Positions 10,101 to 19,500 of a stretch of 64,000 bases of DNA are shown one piece after another. The notes below the pieces were generated by a model. The model was not told the DNA's origin, did no database searches, and worked only from the letters and a program-made list of their open reading frames with translations. Position numbers and translations under genes: made by a program. Every line of letters begins with the position of its first letter. Within the stretch, counting starts at the first letter, position 1. This DNA comes from Candidatus Eiseniibacteriota bacterium. Lineage in GTDB: Bacteria; Eisenbacteria; RBG-16-71-46; CAVPCR01. The stretch spans positions 224,001 to 288,000 of the forward strand of contig CAVPCR010000003.1 of assembly GCA_963702435.1 (NCBI GenBank), given 5' to 3'.

Positions 10101-11289
10101 CAGCTTCCTCGTCTGGCGGAAGGGCTTCGGCTTCTACCCCGAGTACGACGACGCTGGTGGCGCCGCGGCCACGCTCCCCGTGGGCTATCCGCCGGCCGGA
10201 TGGACTCGCGCCTACGGCGGAACGACAGCCCCGACCTTCGACGAGCCGGCGACCCGCGACTTCTGGTACTACGTGATCTACACGAAGGACCTGTGCGGCA
10301 ACGTGTCGCTCGTGTCCAACATGACACCGGGGACGCTCAACTACCACCTTGGTGATGTGACGAACGGATCGTCTCCGGGCACGGGAGACAACCTCGTCGC
10401 CACGGTGGACATCACGCTCCTCGGCAACCACTATGGCATCAACCTGGTGCCGAGCGATCCCTTCAACTACCTCGATGTCGGCCCGACGACGAACAACTCG
10501 ACCCACGGCCGACCGCTCACCGACAACCGGGTCAACTTCGAAGACCTCCTGATGTTCGCGATCAACTACGGAACGGTGACCCTGACGGCGCCGCCCGAGC
10601 CCGCGGACCTGGCGAGCGTCCACGCCGGGCTCGCCCTCGTCACGGAGCCCGTGGCCGGCGGGGTTCTCGCCCGCCTCGTCCTCACCGACAATCCGGATGC
10701 CGTCAAGGGCATCCACGCCCTCGTCGACTTCGATCGCCGGGGCCTTGCCCTCGAGCGGGTGGAGCAGGGCGAGCTTCTCGTGGCGCAGGCGCACCCGGTC
10801 TTCTTCCAGCACCTCGATGAGGGCGCGGCCGGCATCCATGCCGCGCTCCTCGGGAACGGCGAGGCCATCCGCGGCTCGGGCGAGGTCGCTCGCCTCTACT
10901 TCCGCGGCCATGGCTCGCCGGCTCTCACCCTCGCCGACATGCGCGACATCGCGAACGGCCAGATCGGCCAGGTGGCCGCCGGCATCGATGCCCCGGCCGC
11001 GATCGTGCCGCTCGACTTCGCGCTCCACTCGGCGCGGCCCAATCCCTTCAATCCCTCGACCATGATCGGCTTCGCGCTGCCCGAGGCGGGGCGCGTGGAT
11101 CTTCTGATCTACGACGTCCGCGGGCGGCTGGTCCGGACCCTGGTCGAGGCCGAGCTTCCCGCCGGGGAGCACGCGGCGTTCTGGGACGGCCGGGATAGCC
11201 GCGGCGCCGGCGCTAGTTCCGGCGTATACATCGTCAAGCTCACGAGCGCGGGCCGCGAGGCCACGCAGAAGATCCAGCTCATGAAGTAG
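7105..11289 (+). CDS. Secreted modular protein 4: two beta-helix modules (A, B), cohesin-like, YPEYDD FN3-like, dockerin-like, cohesin-like, CTD
   Basis: Start chosen at ATG 7105 after GGAGGAAG, giving signal peptide MRSPWHLVLATVLLIAGSASAAWS; YTTIQAAINAA...GDVIHV...TYPE beta-helix cap; YPEYDD at 10135-10152; YHLGDV...DNRVNFEDLLMFAINY; CTD PNPFNPST...IYDVRGRLVRTL...WDGRD...SSGVY...QKIQLMK. Confidence 0.9.
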   Translation: MRSPWHLVLATVLLIAGSASAAWSADLYVNPDGLCGGNLPCYTTIQAAINAASAGDVIHVQAATYPEVLTIPISLRLQGAGAGSTFIDVSGNPAAGTVITISNITATITIDGFTIVTGPASAVISNGISISNVGVGSLITITNNVIQCVQSAAGTAFDNFGLIAGYASAGTLFFDHNTVFGGGDNPVLLERWVGPVTFSYNTVYRGPDDNITGGKDAIFVMNYGATDITTAQIFDNNTIDLGGGTIFDNAHRGTGLSVVAQFTGGAGPGGYTNVQITNNQFVNLKPFRRGCGLWDNSSGPGDVIALIKGNTVSAAVGFTGDHGIRILGGITGTMVTENDISGVNDAVKTQSWNGFDPTAYTITGNSLLGVITGVNNLTASTADASANWWGSNAQAAVATAAGATTDYTPWLDVGTDTSANPGFQGSYSTLHVDDASLQVGTTGIIQEGIDRVTASTVLVGPGTYAGGITLNKLVNLLGAQSGVAACGRVTGSPNPAIESVIAGPPGSTLLTLVTGCAGSIIDGFSFIGGTRGLESTSGPLSNVQILNNHVAGFTGSGLFLNDNGLDMTVSQNNIDGTAQAGGGGLFHLDQDNFDGMHITSNCIVSGPSGTGLFVDGIRNVGTSVTRAPLISGNTFGGNGTGANLGRFAFEYGTISNNQFASNLFDGLQGGIQNSAISGNTFIGNGRSGLALTGFGGSGDPTRGAQNTVVSANMFTANVREGVFLSSGQFPGTISTNTLTNNNFVGNGTGGSGDGVAYAGTETIAVTCNWWGHVAGPDYPPLYPNPPADDLVATNSIFWPWLNAPAPGGACNQFGPNNVAANTTGLCVSTATPCVTVPVMFNRADTSPARGATVTFTLSSNLELCSTPGASILQGTWLTGYGSGYQVIANGGGSYTVDQAILGLPCGVTTGGQLFTVAVKKTLAAVDGTGTITVNAVSIRDCGNPFAILAGIPGAPASITIDTAPPLAVTNLAAAQKLTLNDSDGTTKINLTFASPATADSFLVWRKGFGFYPEYDDAGGAAATLPVGYPPAGWTRAYGGTTAPTFDEPATRDFWYYVIYTKDLCGNVSLVSNMTPGTLNYHLGDVTNGSSPGTGDNLVATVDITLLGNHYGINLVPSDPFNYLDVGPTTNNSTHGRPLTDNRVNFEDLLMFAINYGTVTLTAPPEPADLASVHAGLALVTEPVAGGVLARLVLTDNPDAVKGIHALVDFDRRGLALERVEQGELLVAQAHPVFFQHLDEGAAGIHAALLGNGEAIRGSGEVARLYFRGHGSPALTLADMRDIANGQIGQVAAGIDAPAAIVPLDFALHSARPNPFNPSTMIGFALPEAGRVDLLIYDVRGRLVRTLVEAELPAGEHAAFWDGRDSRGAGASSGVYIVKLTSAGREATQKIQLMK

Positions 11290-11302
11290 GAGGAGCACCC
11301 AT

Positions 11303-11340
11303 GCGGGGCGGCGGGCGGGAGCGCCCGCCCCCGCCCCCGC
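11303..11340 (+). promoter_or_regulatory. Intergenic GC-rich stem-loop after protein 4
   Basis: GCGGGGCGGCGGGCG-GGAG-CGCCCGCCCCCGCCCCCGC, an imperfect stem with no U-tract. Confidence 0.4.
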
Positions 11341-11404
11341 TCTCGCAACCGGCGCGGATGGCGCAGCCTGATCGGCGCCGTGAACGCCACGGAGGAGATG
11401 GTCG

Positions 11405-14400
11405 ATGTCTTGCCAACGCACACAAACCATGGCGATAGGGCTCGTGCTTTGGGTCGCCCTGGCGCTCGCTGCTCCGTGGACGGCTGCCGGCGCGGCCGTG
11501 TCTCCCACGCCTGAGTATCCCGGCGGAGTCGACCTCGACCGCAGCCCGGGAGAGGACCCGGGCGACATCAACGAGGTCCTGAACATCAACACCGCTATCT
11601 ACTACTCGAGCCTCGGCACCGCGCTCGCGGCTCCGGCGACGCTCCCCGGGCACATCCTCGAGGTGCAAGCGAGCTATGCCGAGGGGCCCGTCAACGTCAG
11701 CAAGGCAGTCACCATCCGGGGGCTCACCGGATCCGAGGTCATCACCCCGACCACCGACACCGGCACCTCCGGCGATGCCCGCGGCTGGTTCCTGGTCACG
11801 GTCCCCGGCGTCACCTTCCTGGATCTCAACTTCGACGGCGAGGCCACCGGAGTTCCGGTCCGCTCGATCTATCAGGTGATCCGCATCACGGCGGCCGCTC
11901 CGGGCTGCATCATCGACAACTGCACTTTCACGGACGTGATCGGATATCCGCTCGCGAGCTATGACGGCCGCGGGATCGCGTCCCAGGCCGACGTCACGAT
12001 CACCGACTGCGTCTTCTCGAGTGTCCGCCGCATCGGCATCCATCTCTTCGGTACCGGGATGACCACGACCGTCGTCTCGCGCATCACCTATACCGGGAAG
12101 GGTGCCGGCGACCATATCGACTATGCTGTCGAGTTCGGGGGCGGGGCCAAGGGCACGGTCTCGAACTCGACGGTCACGAACTGCACCGGGGTCGCCTCGG
12201 ATGGCTCGACCTCAGCCGGCGTTCTCGTGACCGACTACTTCGCTCCTGGCACTGAAGCTGCTATCAACGGCAATTTCCTCAATGGCAATACGGCCGCCGT
12301 CGCCAACGGCTACCTCGCGACCGACGCTTCGGTCACCGTCGCGCACGACAACGACCTGTCCGGCAACACCTACGGGGTTGCCAACGCGGCGACTCTCGAT
12401 CTCGACGCCTCGGGCAACTGGTGGGGATCGAACATCGTCGGCACGGTCGCGGCCATGGCCGGGGCTGCCGTCGATTACACCCCGTGGCTCGATGTCGGCA
12501 CCGACACGTCGGGAAGCGCCGGCTTCCAGGGCAACTTCTCGACGCTCCACGTGGATGATGATAGTCCGCAGGTCGGTGCCATCGGCCGGATCCAGGAGGG
12601 CGTAAATGTCGCCACCGTGACCACGGTACTCGTCGGGCCCGGCACCTATCCGGAGACGGTTACGATACCGAAGTCCGTGGTCGTGCAGGGCGCCGGGTTG
12701 GCCACGACGTTCATTGATGTGTCCGGCGACCCGACCGCCGGTGATGTGGTCACGATCAGCGGCATCACGGCCACCATCACCATCGACGGGTTCACGATCG
12801 TCACCGGCCCCGCCTCGAGCGTGGGCTCGAACGCGCTCCACATCTCCGGCCTAGGCACGGGCTCGGCCATCACCATCACCAACAACGTGCTCCAGTGCGT
12901 GCAATCGGCGAGCGGGACCGCACAGGACAACTTCGGGCTCATCGCCGGCTACGGGAGCGACGGCACGCTCTTCTTCGACCACAACACCGTTTACGGTGGC
13001 GGGGACAATCCGATCCTCATCGAGCGCTGGGTCGGCCCGTGCACTCTCAGCTACAACACGATCTATCGCGGCCCCGATGACAACATCACCGGAGGCAAGG
13101 ACGCCGTGTTCGTCATGAACTATGGCGCATCCAACATCACGGCCAAGTTCGAGTTCGACAACAACACGATCGACATGGGCGGGGGCACGATCTTCGACAA
13201 CGCGCACCGTGGCACCGGCCTGAGCGTCGTCGCCCAGTACACCGGCGGCGCCGGACCCGGCGGTTACACCGACGTCGAGATCACGAACAACCAGGTGATG
13301 AATCTCAAGTCGTTCCGGCGCGGCATCGGGCTCTGGGACAACTCCTCGGGACCCGGGGACATCGCGGCCGTGATCACCGGCAACACGATCTCGGCGGCCC
13401 CGGCGGCGACCGGCGACCACGGGATCCGGATCCTCGGCGGGATCACCGGCACCACGGTCGGCCAGAACAACGTGTCCGGCATGAGCATGGGCTTCCAGTC
13501 GCGCTCCTGGAACGGGTTCGACCCGACCGGGTTTCTGGTGACAGGCAACACGTTCACGGGCAACACCACTGGCGTGTCAGTCGATGCGGGCACCGGCACT
13601 GTGACCCAGAATCTCATCGTAGGTAACGGCACGGGCCTGGCCAACGCCACGATCACCGCCGTCCCCGCGACGTGTAACTGGTGGGGCCACGTGAACGGGC
13701 CGGATGTGCCGCCGGGCAATCCGAACCCCGGGATCAACGGCATCGTGGGGAGCGCGATCTTCGCGCCGTGGTGGACCTCCCCCACCGGCCCCTGCGACGG
13801 CTTCGGGCCGAACAACGTGGCGGCGAGCACGGCAGGCCTCTGCATCTCGAACGCCACGCCCTGTGTGGCGATACCGGTTCTCTTCAATCGTGTCGACACG
13901 GTTCCGGCGCGCGCGGCGAGCGTGACCTTCACGCTGAGCTCGAACCTCGAGCTCTGTAGCACCCCCGGCGCGAGCATCCTGCCGGGCACGTGGCTCTCGG
14001 CATACGGGAGCACGTTCCAGGTCGTCGACAACGGCGGTGGGTCCTACACGGTGGACCAGTCGATCCTTGGTCTCCCCTGTGGCGTCGCGACCGGCGGCCA
14101 GCTGTTCACGGTCGCGGTGAAGAAGACCCTTGCGGCTGTCGACGGAACCGGGACGATCACCGTCACGGAAGTCAACGTGCGCGACTGTGGGAATCCGTTC
14201 ACGGCGCTGCCGGGTGTTCCTGGTGCGCCGGCGTCGATCACGATCGACACGGCGTCGCCCTCTGCGGTGGCAGACCTCGCCGCTGCTCAGATGCTCGCAG
14301 GCAACGACTCCGACGGCACCACCAAGATCAACTTGAGCTTTCACGGCGCCGGCGACCGCCGACAGCTTCCTCGTCTGGCGGAAGGGCTTCGGATTCTATC

Positions 14401-15553
14401 CCGAGTACGACGACGCGGGCGGCGCAGTGCCAGCGCCGCCGGTGGGCTATCCGCCGGCCGGCTGGGACGCGCGCCTACGGCGGAACGACGGCTCCGACCT
14501 TCGACGAGCCGGCGACCCGCGACTACTGGTACTACGTGATCTACACCAAGGATGCGTGCGGCAACGTCTCGCCCGTCTCGAACATGACGTCGGGCACGCT
14601 CAACTACCATCTTGGTGACGTCAGCGAACGGCGTCCACGCCGGGCCGGGCGACAACCTGGTCGGGCTACGATGGACATCACGCTCCTCGGCGCTCATTAC
14701 GGCGAGACGCTCGGCCGAGCCCGTCCTGTTCAACTACCTCGACGTCGGGCCGACCACGCAACAACTCGACGCTCGGCCGGCCGCTCACGGACAACGATGG
14801 TCGACTTCGACGACCTCATCTTCTTCGCCATCAACTACGGCACGGTGAGCCTGACTGCGCCGCCCGAGCCGGCCGACGCTCGCGAGCATTCCTGGGCTCG
14901 CGCTCGTCACCGAGCCCGACCGCCGACGGCGTGCTCGCTCGGCTCGTCCTCACCGACAACCCGAGCGCGGTCAAGGCCTTCCATGCCCTGGTCGCATTCG
15001 ACGGCATGACCCTCGAGCGGGTCGAGCAGGGCGACCTCCTCACCGCCCAGGCGCATCCCGATCTTCTTCCGCCACCTCGATGAGGGAGCGGCCGGCATCC
15101 ATGCCGCGCTCCTCGGGAACGGCGAAGCCATCCGCGGCTCGGGCGAGGTCGCTCGCCTCTACTTCCGCGGCCATGGCACGCCCACCCTCACCCTCGCCGA
15201 CATGCGCGACATCGCGAACGGGCCGATCGGCCAGGTGGCCGCCGGCATCGATGCCCCGGCCACTGCGGCCCCCGCCGAGTTCGCCCTGCATCGCGGCACG
15301 GCCCAATCCCTTCAATCCGTCGACCATGCTCGGCTTCGCGCTGCCCGAAGCCGGGCGGGCGGATCTCGCGATCTACGACGTCCGCGGCCGGCTCGTGCGG
15401 ACGCTGGTCGAGGCCGAGCTTCCGGCCGGCGAGCACACGGCGTACTGGGACGGCCGGGACGCTCGCGGCGCCGCCGCGAGCTCTGGCGTCTACATCGTCC
15501 GGCTCTCGAGCGCGGGCCGCGAGGCCACGCAGAAGATCCAGCTCATGAAGTAG
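11405..15553 (+). CDS. Secreted modular protein 5: beta-helix modules C and A', then the same C-terminal chassis as protein 4; several frameshifts after 14340, probably sequencing errors
   Basis: Signal peptide MAIGLVLWVALALAAPWTAAGA; intact frame to about 14340. After that the DNA stays colinear with protein 4 (10070-11289) across frame jumps, with YPEYDD at 14397-14414 and the identical end SAGREATQKIQLMK* at 15553. Confidence 0.8.
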
Positions 15554-15570
15554 TGCAGTAGAGGGGCACG

Positions 15571-15601
15571 GGGAGGTCGCGGCGCCCTGCCGCGACCTCC
15601 C
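15571..15601 (+). promoter_or_regulatory. Perfect 13-bp intergenic stem-loop
   Basis: GGGAGGTCGCGGC-GCCCT-GCCGCGACCTCCC between protein 5 and the cohesin-only gene at 15639; no U-tract. Confidence 0.55.
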
Positions 15602-15638
15602 CCACCCTCACCCCCGGCCGTCCCGGAGGAGAAAACGA

Positions 15639-16475
15639 ATGAAGGCTTTCGCGAAGAGACTCTCGATCGCCGCCGCTCTCGTGCTCCTCGGCGCTGCGAG
15701 CGCCGCCGGGCAGCCCGCCCCCTTCAACGCCTACCTCCTCCCCGAGACGAGCACCATCGATGTGGGTGATACAGCGTTCGTCAACTTCGAGGTAGACGCC
15801 ACGGCCCAGGAGTTCAACGGCTACGAGGTCGTCATCCAGTACGACCCGACCATCGTCGACTTCCTGCCGCCGGTCATCGAAGGACCGCTCATGATCGGCG
15901 CCTGCGGGAACACCTTCAAGATTCTCACCCAGACCGACTCCACAGTCACCTACGCGCACGTCATCCTGTGCGCCGGCGTCGCACTCAACGGCCCGGGCGT
16001 TCTGTCCACCTATCGCTTCCGCGGCCTGGCCAACGGCGTGAGCGCGCTGACGATCATCTCAAACCCCGACTTCACGTTCGCCTACGCCGGAATCTATATC
16101 AACCCCAACCACCCGACCTTCCCGCGCCAGGTCATCTTCCACAACGCGGAGATCCGGGTCGGGACGCAGTCCGGCATCGAATCCGGCGCCGCGCCGCCGC
16201 TCGAGTTCCATCTCGAGCAGAACGCGCCCAATCCCTTCTCGTCCGCCACCGCCATCGGGTTCCAGCTCGCCGCCGCCGGGCCCGTGGCGCTCGAAGTGTT
16301 CGACGTCGCCGGCCGGCGCGTGTGGGCCGAGGCCGCCGCCCTCCCGCGCGGCGCTCACCGCATCACATGGCGCGGGGCCGCGCCGGACGAGGCGCCGCTG
16401 CCGAGCGGCGTCTACTTCTACCGGCTCACGACCGCCCAGGGCACGGCGACGCGCAAGTTGACCATATCCAGGTAG
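15639..16475 (+). CDS. Small secreted protein: signal peptide + single cohesin-like domain + FlgD/T9SS-type CTD
   Basis: RBS GGAGGAG; signal MKAFAKRLSIAAALVLLGAASAAG; VGDTAFVNFEVD...FNGYEVVIQYDPTIVDF...GPGVLSTYRFRGLANGVSALTI; CTD PNPFS...PSGVYFYRL...RKLTISR. Confidence 0.82.
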   Translation: MKAFAKRLSIAAALVLLGAASAAGQPAPFNAYLLPETSTIDVGDTAFVNFEVDATAQEFNGYEVVIQYDPTIVDFLPPVIEGPLMIGACGNTFKILTQTDSTVTYAHVILCAGVALNGPGVLSTYRFRGLANGVSALTIISNPDFTFAYAGIYINPNHPTFPRQVIFHNAEIRVGTQSGIESGAAPPLEFHLEQNAPNPFSSATAIGFQLAAAGPVALEVFDVAGRRVWAEAAALPRGAHRITWRGAAPDEAPLPSGVYFYRLTTAQGTATRKLTISR

Positions 16476-16561
16476 GACCGATGACTCGCACTGGCCAGAG
16501 CAAGGAACGGAACGGCGGGCAGCCGCCGGCCGCACTCAGTGAATTCGAAGGAGTGACCACC

Positions 16562-19500
16562 ATGACGTCCCTTCGCACGCTTCCCGCGCTGGCGCTCTTC
16601 CTGGCCATCGCAACCAGTTCCGCCTTCGGCCAGAGTGTCGGCAACTACGCTCCAGTCACCCGCACCACCGGCATCACCTACAGCTCGATCGCCGGCACCG
16701 GCGCGAGCTTCGCAAGCTGGCGCAACGGCACCTCGACGGACGACAACCGGAGCGCCGCCACGGCGATCGGCTTCACCTTCTACTACGATGGGCAGCCATA
16801 CACGCAGTTCTCGGCGTCCACCAACGGGTTCCTCGACTTCTCGTCGTCGACGGCGCTCGGTGGCTCCGGAGCGTTCGGCTTCGACAACACCACCTTCACG
16901 GCCATCACCGGCACGCGCCTCGCGATCGCCCCCCTCTATGACGACCTGAGCGCGGCGGCGCTCGGCCTCTCCGGAAGCCTCAAGTACGTGACCACCGGTG
17001 CACCCGGGAGCCGCGTGCTCACCGTCGAGTGGATCGGCGTCCAGAACCTGGGCGCCACCGGGTCGAACCTCAACTACCAGGTCAAGCTCTACGAGGCGAC
17101 CGGCGTCATCGAGATCGTCTACGGCACCATGACGGCCGGCACGGGCACCTACAGCTTCACGTGCGGCATCAACGGTCCCACCATGTCGGCGGTTCCGACC
17201 GTGGCCGAGCTCCTGACCCAGCAGACCGTCGATACCACGACCTTCTCCAACATCGCTGCCAACGGGCTGGCCACGGCCCCGGCCTCCAATGCGATGCTCA
17301 CCCTCACGCCGGTCCAGAACGTGACGCCGGCGCCGCCCACGACCCTCGCCTTCACGGCGGTGACGCAGACCGGGATGACCGTCAACTGGACCGACGGCTC
17401 GACCACCGAGACCTACTTCGTGGTGACACGATCGACGGACAACCTGACGTTCGTGCCGGCCGGTGCCGTGTCCTCGACGACGACCGGTGGCACCGGGACC
17501 ACCTACTCCCTGGCCCAGAGCGGGCTCCTCGCCGGCACGACCTACTACTTCCGCGTTACCGCGAACAACGAGGCGAGCGCTCCCAGCGCTTTCCTGACAG
17601 GGAGCCAGCCCACCGCCGCCGCCGGGGAGATCACGAGCATCGCGAGCGGGAACTGGGGCGCCACCACCACATGGTCCTCGGCGACCATCCCGACTGTGAC
17701 CGACAATGTCACGATCGCCGACGGGCACACGGTGACAATCAACGTGGCCGCTGTCTGCAACAACCTCACAGTCGGGCAGGGGGTCTCCGGCATCCTCATC
17801 TACGAGGCGACCACGGCGCGCAAGCTCACGACCTCGGCCGGCGTCACCATCGCCGCCGGCGGCACGCTGCAGACGGCGGGGAGCGGAACGGTGACCACCG
17901 ACAGCCTCGTGGTCGGCGGCAGTCTCACCAACAGCGGCACGCTGGATCTGAGCACCTCTGCCAATGCGGTAGGCGCCCGTCTCATCTTTACCGGAGGGGA
18001 CAACGCCACGTTCGGCGGCGCGGGCGGCGTCACCGACCTGCGCACGCTGACCATCAACAAGGGCACCTCCCCGGCGAGCGTGCTCGAGATGAACCCGACG
18101 AATCTTACCGTGCAGGGGACGACGACCGATGGCGCGGCCTCGGTGTTCCTCACGCTGAGCAACGGCACGCTCAAGATCGCCGGCACCTACACTGCGACCC
18201 ATCGCTGCTTCCCGTTGCCTACGGGATACACGATCCCCGCCACCGCCGGCATCTGGCTCGCGAACCCGAACTTCACCGTCGCCGGGCAGAACGGCTCCCC
18301 CACCAACAACGGCCTCCTCCGGCTGACCTCCGGCACTTTCAATATCGGTACGGCGTCCGGCAACTCGATGGGCGCCGGCAGCGGCGCGTCCTTCATCGTC
18401 GAGGGCGGCACGATGAACGTGGCCGGACGCTTGAACACGTCGAACCCCGTACTCTACGAGCAGTCCGCCGGCGTGGTCAACGTCTCCACCGCCGGCAACG
18501 CCTCGGCCTCGAGCCCCTCGTTCGGTCTCAACTCCACTGCCGGGTCCTTCAACATGAGCGGCGGCACCATCGTGCTCGTCCAGGCGAGCACCGGCACGGC
18601 CCCCTACGACTACCGCGTGAGCTCCCTCAATCCGGTCGTCACGGGCGGCACGCTCCAGATCGGGAACGCCGCCACGACGACGAACTTCACCTTCCGCATC
18701 GGCGGCGCCCTGCCGAACGTCGTCATCGACAACACGGTGAACAACAAGACGGCGTTGCTGTTCGCCGGCACCCCGCTCAACGTAGCTTATCTGAACACGA
18801 CCATCAATCCGGGGGCGACGCTCAACCTGGGCGGGTTCATCTACATCCAGGCCGGCGCGACATTCACCAACAACGGCACCCTGAACGGCACGACGATCGG
18901 GAGCCGCCTCTATTTCCTGGGCAGCGGCTCCCTGGCGTCAGCTGCCGGCGACCCGCTCGCCGATGGCATCGAGATGCCGGTGCTCCCGCCGCGCGGGTTC
19001 CCCCCTCTCGCGGTCGCCCAGACGTACGGCGGGGCGGGGGCCATCAACGCCCCGGCCCTCGACGGCATCTCGATCGACAATCCCTCCGGCGTCACCATCA
19101 GCCCGGCCATCCCGGCCAACATCGCGACGCTCCGCGTCAACCTGTTCCGCGGCCTCCTCACCAACTCGAACAAGGTCACACTCGGGAGCGGCAGCGGCTC
19201 GGCCGCCGTGCAGATCGGATCGCCCGGCCAGGCGGCAGTCGGCGGCAGTTTCGACGCGTCACCGTCCTTCAACATCGGCGCCGGGACCTACTCCCTTGTC
19301 TACAGCCAGGAGAACGCACCGCGCACGACCGGCTTCGAAGTCCCAACGCCACGGAGCGCGAACTTCATGGCGGTGGACAACTCGAACGGCGTGACGCTGG
19401 CAGGAGGCAACCTGGCGATCACGACCGGCCTCACACTCACGGCCGGTCGCCTCACGACCGATGCGGCGAATGTTCTCGCGCTCGGCAACGCAGTCTCCCC

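Noticed and set aside
10831..15260. Diversity-generating retroelement TR/VR pair
   Set aside because: Both copies lie inside paralogous coding domains, differences are not concentrated at adenines, and no reverse transcriptase is in the window.
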